This document shows positions 9,478 through 18,131 of a stretch of DNA of 64,000 bases, piece after piece. Each line of letters opens with the position of its first letter. Position 1 is the stretch's first letter. The notes under the pieces are model-generated. The model was not told the origin of the DNA and did no database searches. It worked only from the letters and a program-made list of their open reading frames with translations. Both the position numbers and the translations under genes were made by a program. The stretch is from Microbacterium sp. (GTDB lineage Bacteria > Actinomycetota > Actinomycetes > Actinomycetales > Microbacteriaceae), in contig NZ_JASGDO010000067.1 of NCBI RefSeq assembly GCF_047607225.1, positions 3,238-67,237 on the forward strand, written 5' to 3'.

Positions 9478-9638
9478 CGAGTGGGGGCGAGCCCGCGACC
9501 GGACCGGCAAGGGAATCGTTCGCGGGGATGCGAGGGTGACCTCGCCGCACGACATCTCCCTGCCGCGGACGCTGCTGCGAACGGGACACTCCCGGGCCTC
9601 GGCATCGGCGGTCGGTACGAGTGGCAGAGCTCGCCGTC

Positions 9639-11153
9639 TCAGGCGGCGGAGAGATCGTTCGTGGCGGGTTCGGCCGGACGGGCGGGAAGGCGAACCTCGA
9701 ACGTCGTCGATCCGGGCTCGCTGAAGACCTCGATCGTGCCGGCGTGGGCAGAGACGATCGCCTTGACGATGGACAGCCCGAGACCGCTTCCGCCGGTCTG
9801 GCGAGCGCGCGAGGTATCGGCGCGGGAGAACCGTTCGAACAGTTCATCGGCGACGGCAGGGTCGATGCCCGGGCCGTTGTCGTGGACGCGGATCACCGCC
9901 TCCGATCCCTCGCGCTCCACGGCCGCCGTGACCCGGGTGCCGCCAGGGGTGTGGATCCGGGCATTGGTCAGCAGATTGGCCACGACCTGGTGGAGTCTCG
10001 CCTCGTCGCCGGCGACCACCACGGGATCTTCCACGGCCTCGACCTGCCAGGCGTGATCGGGCCCGGCGGCCTGCGCGTCGGCAGCGGCCTCGATGACGAT
10101 GCGGGTGAGGTCGACCGCGCCGTAGACGAGCTCCTTGCCCTCGTCGAGTCGCGCCAAGAGCAGGAGGTCTTCCACGAGCGTCGTCATCCGCAACGACGCG
10201 GCCTGAATACGTTCCAGTCCCTGTTCGGACTGCGCCGTTCCGGCGGCCAGGACGGCCTTCGTGGGTCGCGGTCCCGCGATTCGCAGAGCCCGCAGGGACA
10301 ACTCCGAGTAACCGCGGATGGCGGCGAGCGGTGTCCGCAGCTCATGGCTGGCATCCGCGACGAACGCGCGCATGCGGTCCTCATTGCGTTGCCGAGCCGA
10401 CAGGGAGGAGTCGACGTGATCGAGCAGCGTGTTCAGCGCGGCGCCGACCCGGCCGATCTCATCGGAGGCATCGGACTCGTGAGCCGGAACGCGCTCGGTG
10501 ATCGTGACCTCACCGGAAGACAGCGGCATTGCGGCCACGCGGGTCGCGGTGTCGGCCACCGCGCGGAGGGGCGCGAGCGCGCGACGGATCACGAAGGCGA
10601 TCACCGAGGCGAGCACGAGGAGGCCACCCAGGGTGAGGAGGGACACGGTGGTGAGGATTTGGGTGACCATGAGGGTCAGCTCCGACGTCGGCATTCCCAC
10701 CGCGTAGGCCGTGTTGCCGCCCGCTCCAGCCAGTCGGAGCCGGTAGTCACCCAGTCCCGGCACCCGCGCGTTGACCCACCCTTGAGGGTCGGGGCGGCGG
10801 AGCTTGCCGATGAGGGTCGTCACCTCGTCGGATGAGAGGGCGACGACCGTGCCGTCCTCCGCCACGTACGCGGCACTCTCGCCGGTGAAGCTGCTGCTGA
10901 CCACCAGGAGCGTTCCTGCGTCCTGAGGGCCGGACAGGGCGTCGGCGGCGGTGCTGGTCGGCATGACGTGCAGCCGATCGGCGGCTGCACGCACTTGCGC
11001 ATCGAGGTTCTCGACCATCATCGAGCGGAGGATGGTCCCGGTGGCGAGTCCCACCATGACGAGGATGAGCGCGACGAAGGACACCACCGCGACGATCAAC
11101 CTCGTCTGCAGGCTCCAGCGGCGGGCGCGTGTGCGTCGAAGAGGCCCGCTCAC
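9639..11153 (-). CDS. Sensor histidine kinase (2 TM + HAMP + HisKA + HATPase_c)
   Basis: H-box SHELRTPLAAIRGYSEL, N-box LLTNARIHTP, G1 DNGPGI, G2 GGSGLGLSIV. GTG start overlaps the response-regulator stop (GTGA). Confidence 0.92.
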   Translation of the reverse strand: MSGPLRRTRARRWSLQTRLIVAVVSFVALILVMVGLATGTILRSMMVENLDAQVRAAADRLHVMPTSTAADALSGPQDAGTLLVVSSSFTGESAAYVAEDGTVVALSSDEVTTLIGKLRRPDPQGWVNARVPGLGDYRLRLAGAGGNTAYAVGMPTSELTLMVTQILTTVSLLTLGGLLVLASVIAFVIRRALAPLRAVADTATRVAAMPLSSGEVTITERVPAHESDASDEIGRVGAALNTLLDHVDSSLSARQRNEDRMRAFVADASHELRTPLAAIRGYSELSLRALRIAGPRPTKAVLAAGTAQSEQGLERIQAASLRMTTLVEDLLLLARLDEGKELVYGAVDLTRIVIEAAADAQAAGPDHAWQVEAVEDPVVVAGDEARLHQVVANLLTNARIHTPGGTRVTAAVEREGSEAVIRVHDNGPGIDPAVADELFERFSRADTSRARQTGGSGLGLSIVKAIVSAHAGTIEVFSEPGSTTFEVRLPARPAEPATNDLSAA

Positions 11154-11884
11154 TGGGGTGCTTTGATCATGTAGCCGACGCCACGCACCGTGTGGATGAG
11201 CGGATCGTGGCCCGCGTCGATCTTCTTGCGGAGGTAGGAGATGTAGAGCTCCACGACGCTGGACCTCCCTCCGAAGTCGTAGTTCCAGACGCGGTCGAGG
11301 ATCTGAGCCTTGGAGACCACGCGTCGCTGATTGCGCATCAGGAATCGCAGCAGCTCGAACTCCGTCGCGGTCAGCTCGATCTCGTCGCCCGCGCGATTGA
11401 CTTCGTGCGAGTCCTCGTTCAGGGTCAGATCGCCCACGCGCAGGATCGGGTCGGCACCGGCCGCGGTCGCCGTGCCGGCCCGGCGCATGAGTCCGCGGAG
11501 ACGAGCGACGACCTCTTCGAGGCTGAACGGCTTGGTGACGTAGTCGTCGCCGCCCGCCGTGAGGCCTGCCACGCGATCCGCGACGGCGTCCTTGGCGGTG
11601 AGGAACAGCACCGGGACGTCGTTGCCGCCGTGTCGCAGGCGCTGAAGCACCGACATGCCGTCCAGGTCGGGCATCATGATGTCCAGCACGAGCGCGTCGG
11701 GATCGAACTCGCGCGTCGCCGTCAGCGCGTCATAGCCGGACCCCGCGGTGCGGACGTCCCATCCCTCCATCCGCAGCGCCATCGACAGGAGGTCGGTCAG
11801 CATCTGCTCGTCGTCGACGACGAGCACGCGCAGGGGGGACCCGTCGGCGCGGCGGAGGGCGATGGGCGAGGGCGAAGTGGTCAT
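11150..11884 (-). CDS. OmpR/PhoB-family response regulator
   Basis: Receiver motifs VVDDE, LDIMMPDLDG and LTAKD. Winged-helix C-terminus (LTATEFELLRFL, TVRGVGY). Confidence 0.93.
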   Translation of the reverse strand: MTTSPSPIALRRADGSPLRVLVVDDEQMLTDLLSMALRMEGWDVRTAGSGYDALTATREFDPDALVLDIMMPDLDGMSVLQRLRHGGNDVPVLFLTAKDAVADRVAGLTAGGDDYVTKPFSLEEVVARLRGLMRRAGTATAAGADPILRVGDLTLNEDSHEVNRAGDEIELTATEFELLRFLMRNQRRVVSKAQILDRVWNYDFGGRSSVVELYISYLRKKIDAGHDPLIHTVRGVGYMIKAPQ

Positions 11885-11926
11885 GACATCCAGTGTCCGC
11901 CTCTTCCTGTGGGTCCGCTATGGAGA

Positions 11927-11932
11927 AGCCTA
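11927..11932 (-). promoter_or_regulatory. -10 box TAGGCT for the response regulator/kinase operon (about 42-nt leader)
   Basis: TAnnnT in the AT-richer divergent region. A mirror copy CATAGGC lies at 11987..11993 on the plus strand. Confidence 0.3.
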
Positions 11933-12105
11933 TGTGATTTCTGTGAGAGGGATCCGCCCTTTCCCGGCGGGCGATGCCCGCGGCCGCATAGGCATCCCTT
12001 AAGTGCGTCACATGACCTCCAGAAGCGCCGCTCCTAACGTCGGGACATCGGCGCCATGGCTGTCGAGAGCGTGCCGGAGGAGCGCACGCCCGAGCCGGCG
12101 CGCGA

Positions 12106-13605
12106 ATGAGGAGAGACATGTACTGGACGTACTTGCGACGCGAGCTTTCCGGTCGCACCAAGCAGACCGTGATCGTCGCGCTCGGGCTGGCGATCGCCGT
12201 GGCGCTCGTCATCATCGTCAACGCGTTGTCGGCGGGCGTCCGCGATGCGCAGGCCCAGACCCTCGAGTCCGTCTACGGCGTTGGCACCGACCTCACCGTC
12301 ACCGGTGCACAGGCCGAGCCAGGAGGACGGGGAGGAGGAGGTCCGCAGTTCGACTTCGACGAAGACGGCGGTGCCACTGACGACGACGGAACGACCACCC
12401 TCAGCCAGTCTCGCCTGATGACCGACTTCCGCCGCGGAACGCTCGAGGCCGGCACTGTGCAGACGGTCGCCTCCGTCGACGGCGTCTCTGCCGCCGCCGG
12501 TGCGCTGAGCCTGACCAACACGACGTTCGACGGCGAGCTGCCGCAGCGTCCCGACTCCTCCGATGGAGAGTCTGGCCAGACTCCGCCCGAAGGCGATCCC
12601 GGCGACCAGTCGGGCGGCATGGGCGGGTTCGGCGGCGGCTCGTTCGACGTGGACTCCTTCAGCGTGCTGGGCATCGACGCGGCCGCCTCGGATGTCGGCC
12701 CGCTGTCGGCCGTGGAGCTGACCGAGGGTCGCGCCCTCGCCGACACCGATGCCGGCGCCGACGTCGCCGTGTTGGATGCCACGTACGCCGCGAGCTCGGA
12801 GCTCGCCGTGGGCGACACGATCGACGTGGGCGGTACCTCGTTCGAGATCGTCGGAATCATCGCGTCGACCTCCGCCGACGCCGACACCGCCGCGAACGTC
12901 TACATTCCGCTGGACGTGGCTCAGGATCTCTCGGGTGCGGGGGACGTGGTCTCCACCATCTACGTGCAGGCCGCCTCCAGCGACCAGATCTCTGCGGTGC
13001 AGACGGCCGTCGAGGAGGCCCTTCCCGACGCGACGGTCAGCTCGCAGGCCGAGCTCGCCTCGACGGTCTCCGGTTCGCTCGCCAGCGCAAGCTCCTTGAT
13101 CACGAGCCTCGGCACGTGGCTGTCGATCATCGTGCTGGCCGTGGCGGTCGCACTGGCCGTGCTGTTCACGATCTCGGGGATCTCCCGGCGGACGCGTGAG
13201 ATCGGCACCCTCAAGGCCATCGGCTGGTCCAACCGTCGCGTGATCGGCCAGGTCGCGGGCGAGTCGATCGTCCAGTCGCTGATCGGCGGAATCGCCGGCG
13301 TCCTGCTCGGCGTGGCCGGTGCGGTGGCGATCACCCTCGCCGCTCCGACCATCTCCTCGACCGGCGCCGATTCGGCCGGCGGCATGGGCCCCGGCGGAAT
13401 GGGAGGAGGAGGTGGCGGCATGGGTGGCGGGTTCGGCCAACTCGCTCAGAACACCGCCGACATCACGTTGAGCGCACCGCTGTCGGTGGGAATCGTCGCC
13501 GCCGCGCTGCTGCTCGCCGTCGCAGGGGGACTGGTCGCCGGTTCCTTCGGGGGTTGGCGCGCCGCTCGACTCAGTCCCGCCGAAGCCCTTCGCGCCGTCG
13601 CATGA
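12106..13605 (+). CDS. ABC transporter permease, MacB/FtsX family, with Gly/Met-rich insertions
   Basis: TM1, a ~290-aa extracytoplasmic domain, then the FtsX 3-TM module (REIGTLKAIGWS). Low-complexity GGMGGFGGG and GGMGPGGMGGGGGGMGGGFG segments. Start ATG 12106 or ATG 12118. Confidence 0.85.
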   Translation: MRRDMYWTYLRRELSGRTKQTVIVALGLAIAVALVIIVNALSAGVRDAQAQTLESVYGVGTDLTVTGAQAEPGGRGGGGPQFDFDEDGGATDDDGTTTLSQSRLMTDFRRGTLEAGTVQTVASVDGVSAAAGALSLTNTTFDGELPQRPDSSDGESGQTPPEGDPGDQSGGMGGFGGGSFDVDSFSVLGIDAAASDVGPLSAVELTEGRALADTDAGADVAVLDATYAASSELAVGDTIDVGGTSFEIVGIIASTSADADTAANVYIPLDVAQDLSGAGDVVSTIYVQAASSDQISAVQTAVEEALPDATVSSQAELASTVSGSLASASSLITSLGTWLSIIVLAVAVALAVLFTISGISRRTREIGTLKAIGWSNRRVIGQVAGESIVQSLIGGIAGVLLGVAGAVAITLAAPTISSTGADSAGGMGPGGMGGGGGGMGGGFGQLAQNTADITLSAPLSVGIVAAALLLAVAGGLVAGSFGGWRAARLSPAEALRAVA

Positions 13606-14357
13606 CCACCCAACCCACTCAGGAGACAGAGATGACGATGACACAGACCGATTCGGTCGGCGAGGTTGCCTCGCCGTCCACTCCCGCCTACCGACTCGTG
13701 TCGGTGACGAAGACCTACCGGCAAAAGGAGCGGGAGGTCCGGGCGCTCGCCGCTGTCGACCTCGAGATCGCCCAAGGCGACTTCGTCACGATCCAAGGGC
13801 CGACCGGGGGAGGGAAGTCCACGCTGCTCCAGATGCTCGGCGCGTTGGATACTCCGACCAGCGGTCACGTGTTCATCGGCGGGACCGACCTGGCCAGCGC
13901 CTCCTCGGCTGTGCTGGAGCGCGTACGGGCGACGGAGATCGGGTTCGTCTTCCAAGCGTTCAACCTCATCCCGACGCTGACGGCGGCCGAGAACGTCGGG
14001 ATGGGGCTGGAACCACTCGGCCTGGACCGTGCCGAACGTTCCGCCCGCGTCGCCGATGCACTCGACCGTGTCGGTCTGGGGGAGCGATCCGACCACCTCC
14101 CGGGGGAGCTGTCGGGCGGTCAGCAGCAACGCGTGGCGATCGCTCGTGCCATCGCCAAGCGCCCCCGGGTGCTGCTGGCCGACGAGCCCACCGGCAACCT
14201 CGACGAGTCGATGCGCGACGAGATCCTCGCCGTGCTCGACGCCCTCAACGCCGACGGGCTGACGCTCGTCGTCGTCACCCACGACTCCGCCGTGGCGCGC
14301 CGGGCGCGCCGTCGACTGCGGCTGGAGAAGGGCACGGTCCGCGACATCACCCGCTGA
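13602..14357 (+). CDS. ABC transporter ATP-binding protein
   Basis: Walker A GPTGGGKST, signature LSGGQQQRVAIARA, Walker B VLLADEPTGNLD, H-loop THD. ATG 13602 overlaps the permease stop (ATGA); the upstream part of ORF 13554.. lies inside the permease. Confidence 0.92.
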   Translation: MTTQPTQETEMTMTQTDSVGEVASPSTPAYRLVSVTKTYRQKEREVRALAAVDLEIAQGDFVTIQGPTGGGKSTLLQMLGALDTPTSGHVFIGGTDLASASSAVLERVRATEIGFVFQAFNLIPTLTAAENVGMGLEPLGLDRAERSARVADALDRVGLGERSDHLPGELSGGQQQRVAIARAIAKRPRVLLADEPTGNLDESMRDEILAVLDALNADGLTLVVVTHDSAVARRARRRLRLEKGTVRDITR

Positions 14358-14450
14358 CCGGAAGACTCCTCGCGTCCCCGTCGCTCCCGCGCTCGCTTCC
14401 TTTCCTCCCCCTGGGGGCCGAGCGCGGCAGGCGGCGGGGATGCGGGGTTC

Positions 14451-14963
14451 TCAGCGCCGTGGGCGAGAGGAGGACAGCAGGAAGGCGAGCAGAAGCATCA
14501 ACAGCATGCCGATGATCGCCCCGAGCGTATTGGAGACGAGGTCGCGCACGTCGGCGACGCGAGTGTCCAGGAACGCCGCCTGGGTCAGCTCGATCGCCCC
14601 GCTGGCGAGGAAGCCGAGCACGGGTGCCGCCCACCAGCGTCGCACGCCGAACCAGAGCACGGCGAAGATGCCGAGCGGGACGAACATCGCCACGTTGGCG
14701 GCGAACTCGATGCGGTCGAACGTGATCCAGGCCGTCGACGGCCGCTCGGCCAACCACGCGAGAAGCCGGTCGAGCGCCGCGCCGATGTCCGACCCGTACG
14801 GGGCGGCGCGGAGGGTCATCCACGCGACTGCCCAGAGGTACGCCGCCGACAAGAGTGCGAGCACGACCCGCGCCGCGACTCGCTGGACGCGGAACGCAGT
14901 CGTATCGATGGTGCCGCTCAGTGGGTGTCCTCGGCCTCGACCTCGGAGCGGTCGCCCGACCAC
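14451..14963 (-). CDS. VanZ-family membrane protein
   Basis: Four hydrophobic helices and VanZ-like motifs (NVAMFVPLG; ELTQAF..R.ADV.D...N..G). ATG 14963 overlaps the gnd 3' end by 46 nt, so an internal GTG 14864 start is possible. Confidence 0.7.
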   Translation of the reverse strand: MVGRPLRGRGRGHPLSGTIDTTAFRVQRVAARVVLALLSAAYLWAVAWMTLRAAPYGSDIGAALDRLLAWLAERPSTAWITFDRIEFAANVAMFVPLGIFAVLWFGVRRWWAAPVLGFLASGAIELTQAAFLDTRVADVRDLVSNTLGAIIGMLLMLLLAFLLSSSRPRR

Positions 14964-16372
14964 AGGGTGTGGAAGGTGCCGGCCGCATCGGTGCGTCGAT
15001 AGGTGTGCGCCCCGAAGAAGTCTCGCTGTCCCTGGATGAGGGCGGCCGGCAGGCGCTCGGCCCGCAGCCCGTCGTAGTACGCCAGCGACGACGAGAACGC
15101 CGGCGCGGGGATCCCCGCCTCTGCGGCGATCGTCACCGTCTTACGCCACGCGTCCTGCGCACGGGTGAGCGCGTCGACGAAGTAGGGGGCGGTCAGCAGC
15201 ACGGGCAGATCGGGCTGGGCGTCGTAGGCGTCGGCGATGCGGTTGAGGAACTGCGCCCGGATGATGCAGCCCGCACGCCAGATCTTCGAGATGGCGCCGA
15301 GGTCGATGTTCCAGCCGTACTGCGCCGCTCCGGCACGGATCTCGTCGAAGCCCTGCGAGTAGGCGACGATCTTGGAGGCGTAGAGGGCAAGGCGCACCTG
15401 CTCGACGAACGCGTCGACGTCTTCGACCGTGAACGAGTCCTCGCTCGGACCCGGAAGCGATCCCGCGACATCGCGCTGTTCGCGGTGACTGGACAACGAC
15501 CGGGCGAAGGTGGCCTCCGCGATGCCCGAGACCGGCACGCCCAGATCCAGCGCGGTCTGTACGGTCCACGCGCCGGTGCCCTTGGCGCCGGCCTCGTCGA
15601 CGATGACGTCGACGAGCGGGAGCCCCGTCGCGGCGTCGTTCTGTCGCAGGACCTCCGCGGTGATCTCGATCAGGTAGGACTCGAGCTCGCCCTGGTTCCA
15701 CTCGGCGAAGATGTCCGCGATCTCGGCGGGGCTCTTGCCAGTGCCGCGACGGATGAGGTCGTACGCCTCCGCGATCAGCTGCATGTCGGCGTACTCGATG
15801 CCGTTGTGGACCATCTTGACGAAGTGCCCGGCCCCGTCGTGTCCGACGTGGGTGACGCAGGGCTCGCCCTCCGCGACCGCCGCGATCGAACGGAGGATCG
15901 GACCGAGCGTGACCCAGGAGGCGTCGGGGCCTCCGGGCATCAGGGACGGGCCGTGCAGGGCTCCCTCCTCGCCGCCGGACACGCCCATGCCGACGAAGTT
16001 GAACCCGCGCTCGCCGACCGCCTTCTCGCGGCGGATCGTGTCGGTGAACAGCGAGTTGCCGCCGTCGACGATGATGTCGCCGGGCTCGAACACGTTCATG
16101 AGCTCTTCGATGACGGCGTCGGTCGGCCGGCCCGCCTTGACCATGATGATCGCGGTGCGGGGCTTCTGGAGCGAAGCGGCGAACTCCTCGTAGGAGAAGG
16201 CCGGCACGAAGCCGGCTTCGGGGTGGGCGGACACCAGCTCGTCGGTCTTGGAGCGGCTGCGGTTGTACACCGCGACGGTGTTGCCCTCCCGCGAGGCGAG
16301 GTTGCGCGCCAGGTTGGATCCCATGACGGCGAGTCCGACGACTCCGATGTTGGCGACAGGCTGGTCCGGCAC
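14918..16372 (-). CDS. gnd: 6-phosphogluconate dehydrogenase (decarboxylating)
   Basis: Full-length 484 aa. NADP site IGVVGLAVMGSNLARN and a typical 6PGD core. GTG start with SD GAGGAGA. Confidence 0.95.
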   Translation of the reverse strand: MPDQPVANIGVVGLAVMGSNLARNLASREGNTVAVYNRSRSKTDELVSAHPEAGFVPAFSYEEFAASLQKPRTAIIMVKAGRPTDAVIEELMNVFEPGDIIVDGGNSLFTDTIRREKAVGERGFNFVGMGVSGGEEGALHGPSLMPGGPDASWVTLGPILRSIAAVAEGEPCVTHVGHDGAGHFVKMVHNGIEYADMQLIAEAYDLIRRGTGKSPAEIADIFAEWNQGELESYLIEITAEVLRQNDAATGLPLVDVIVDEAGAKGTGAWTVQTALDLGVPVSGIAEATFARSLSSHREQRDVAGSLPGPSEDSFTVEDVDAFVEQVRLALYASKIVAYSQGFDEIRAGAAQYGWNIDLGAISKIWRAGCIIRAQFLNRIADAYDAQPDLPVLLTAPYFVDALTRAQDAWRKTVTIAAEAGIPAPAFSSSLAYYDGLRAERLPAALIQGQRDFFGAHTYRRTDAAGTFHTLWSGDRSEVEAEDTH

Positions 16373-16492
16373 AGAGATCTCCTCAGATAGACGCTCGGGG
16401 CGACGACACGCGGCGGGGCGCCGTCACACGCTCGGGGTACCTCTCAGCGTAGTCGGATGCGTGTGGGCGCGTGGCCGGATGTCGTCAGCGCC

Positions 16493-16498
16493 TAGGCT
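16493..16498 (+). promoter_or_regulatory. -10 box TAGGCT upstream of gntK
   Basis: TAnnnT hexamer 85 nt before ATG 16584, inside a repeated GCGTGGCCGGATG.CGTCAG element. Confidence 0.3.
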
Positions 16499-16583
16499 CG
16501 ACATCGGGCGGCCGAGCCGAAGGGCCCCCGACGGGACGCGTGGGCCGGATGCGTCAGATCGCGCGTAGGAGAGAGGAACCGGA

Positions 16584-17078
16584 ATGACCCGGATCGTCGT
16601 GATGGGACCGAGCGGATCGGGAAAGTCGCTCGTCGGTGCGGCACTGGCCGCCCGGCACGGCGCACGGTTCGTCGACGGTGACGACCTCCACCCGCGGGCG
16701 AACGTCGCCAAGATGGCGGCGGGGGTCCCGCTCGACGATGTCGACAGGGCACCGTGGCTCGACGCCGTGGCCCTTGTTCTCGTGCGACAGGCACCCGTGG
16801 TGGTGGCGTGCTCGGCGCTGCGGCGCTCCTACCGCGATCGGATCCGCGCGACCTGTGGCGACGCCTGGTTCGTCGAGCTCGTCGTCGGCGAGGGGGAGCT
16901 GAAGACCCGCATGTCGCGGCGCGATCACTTCATGCCGCCGTCGCTGCTGGACTCCCAGCTGGCCACCCTCGAGCCGTTGGCCACCGACGAGGCCGGGATC
17001 CGCGTCGCCAATGATGCCGACCTGGAATCGGTGGTCGGCCGGATCGCGTCGCTCCGCGAGGCTCAGTCCTTGCGGTAG
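16584..17078 (+). CDS. gntK: Gluconokinase
   Basis: 164 aa. P-loop GPSGSGKS and FVDGDDLHP..N..KM..G.PL.D.DR.PWL, typical of GntK. Divergent from gnd. SD GGAGAGAGGA. Confidence 0.85.
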   Translation: MTRIVVMGPSGSGKSLVGAALAARHGARFVDGDDLHPRANVAKMAAGVPLDDVDRAPWLDAVALVLVRQAPVVVACSALRRSYRDRIRATCGDAWFVELVVGEGELKTRMSRRDHFMPPSLLDSQLATLEPLATDEAGIRVANDADLESVVGRIASLREAQSLR

Positions 17079-17185
17079 TTGGAGCGTCCCATCGACCACA
17101 GCGCGCCGAGCGCTCCCAGCGTGGCTCCGATCGACATGAGGCCGATCAGCCACAGAAGTGCGTGCGACATCCAGCCGTAGTCCAT
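17063..17185 (-). CDS. Small hydrophobic protein (40 aa, one TM helix)
   Basis: MDYGWMSHALLWLIGLMSIGATLGALGALWSMGRSNYRKD. Strong SD AGGAGG 4 nt before ATG 17185. It is the 3' tail of the otherwise artefactual ORF 17063..18268. Overlaps the gntK end by 16 nt (convergent). Confidence 0.5.
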   Translation of the reverse strand: MDYGWMSHALLWLIGLMSIGATLGALGALWSMGRSNYRKD

Positions 17186-17235
17186 GGTTCCTCCTGGTCG
17201 GTGCGGGCTCGTCCCCATCGTAGCGGGCGTCCTGG

Positions 17236-17241
17236 TAGACT
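17236..17241 (+). promoter_or_regulatory. -10 box TAGACT (extended TGGTAGACT) for ctc/rplY, implying a leader of about 175 nt
   Basis: Same TAGACT hexamer as at the mfd, AI-2E and eno promoters. Confidence 0.4.
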
Positions 17242-17320
17242 CAGGGTGTCCTTCGGCGAGGGGTGCGTTCTCGCATCCGTGATCGACGCGGTGATTCGGC
17301 CTGGAGATGTAGGCGGCGGG

Positions 17321-17339
17321 TTTCCTCCTTCCTCCTCTT
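17321..17339 (+). promoter_or_regulatory. CU-rich anti-SD-like tract (TTTCCTCCTTCCTCCTCTT) in the ctc leader
   Basis: Contains CTCCTT, perfectly complementary to the ctc SD AAGGAG at 17410..17415. Confidence 0.3.
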
Positions 17340-17422
17340 GATGGCTTCCTCACGCGCGTGCGTTCGAGTCGAAACCACAGACCCCACATCCGGGCCGGTA
17401 GCGGTCCACAAGGAGAACAACA

Positions 17423-18052
17423 ATGTCGACCGAGACCGACACCAAGGTCATCGCCGAGACCCGCGAGAACTTCGGCAAGGGCTTCGCGCGTCGCCTTCGC
17501 GCCGCCGGCAAGATCCCCGCCGTCATCTACGGCCACGGCACCACTCCCGTCCACGTGGCCCTCCCCGGCCACCAGGTCTCCCTGCTCGTCCGCCGCGCCA
17601 ACGCGGTCCTCGAGCTCGAGGTCGACGGCAAGGAGCAGCTCACGCTCGTCAAGGACGTCCAGAAGGACCCGGTGCGCCAGATCATCGAGCACATCGACCT
17701 CCTCGTCGTGAAGAAGGGCGAGAAGATCCAGGTCGACGTCCCCGTCGTCGTCGTCGGTGAGCCGTTCTCCGGAACGATCGCCAACCTCGACAACACGACG
17801 GTTCTGCTCGAGGTCGAGGCCACCCACATCCCCGAGAACATCGAGGTCGATGTCGAGGGCCTCGAGGACGGCACGCACATCACCGCCGCCGACCTCACGC
17901 TGCCGCGGGGCGCGTCGCTCGTGACCGACGCGGAGACGCTCATCGTCGCGATCTCGGTCCCGGCCGCGACGATCGCCGAGGCCGATGAGATCGAGGCTGC
18001 CGACGGGGCCGTGGCCGAGGGCCAGGCAGAGTCGGCGGAGGACAGCGAGTAA
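17423..18052 (+). CDS. rplY: 50S ribosomal protein L25 / general stress protein Ctc (long form)
   Basis: N-terminal L25 motif RENFGKGFARRLRAAGKIPAVIYG, central beta domain, acidic C-tail. SD AAGGAG. TAA stop. pth follows. Confidence 0.93.
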   Translation: MSTETDTKVIAETRENFGKGFARRLRAAGKIPAVIYGHGTTPVHVALPGHQVSLLVRRANAVLELEVDGKEQLTLVKDVQKDPVRQIIEHIDLLVVKKGEKIQVDVPVVVVGEPFSGTIANLDNTTVLLEVEATHIPENIEVDVEGLEDGTHITAADLTLPRGASLVTDAETLIVAISVPAATIAEADEIEAADGAVAEGQAESAEDSE

Positions 18053-18131
18053 TCGCGACCTCCCTCTCGTGTGACGATGCCCGCCGACGCCGCTCCTGGC
18101 GACGGCGGGCACTGTCATGAAAGGCATGCGC

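Noticed and set aside
12003-12380. 125-aa ORF spanning the TCS/ABC intergenic region into the permease gene
   Set aside because: Arg-rich artefactual translation that is out of frame with the permease, which has clear FtsX/MacB features.
17246-17347. 33-codon GTG-initiated ORF at the start of the ctc leader
   Set aside because: Its start is only 4 nt after the -10 box, it has no SD, and its Gly/Pro/Ser-rich product is not protein-like. The region is treated as an untranslated leader instead.
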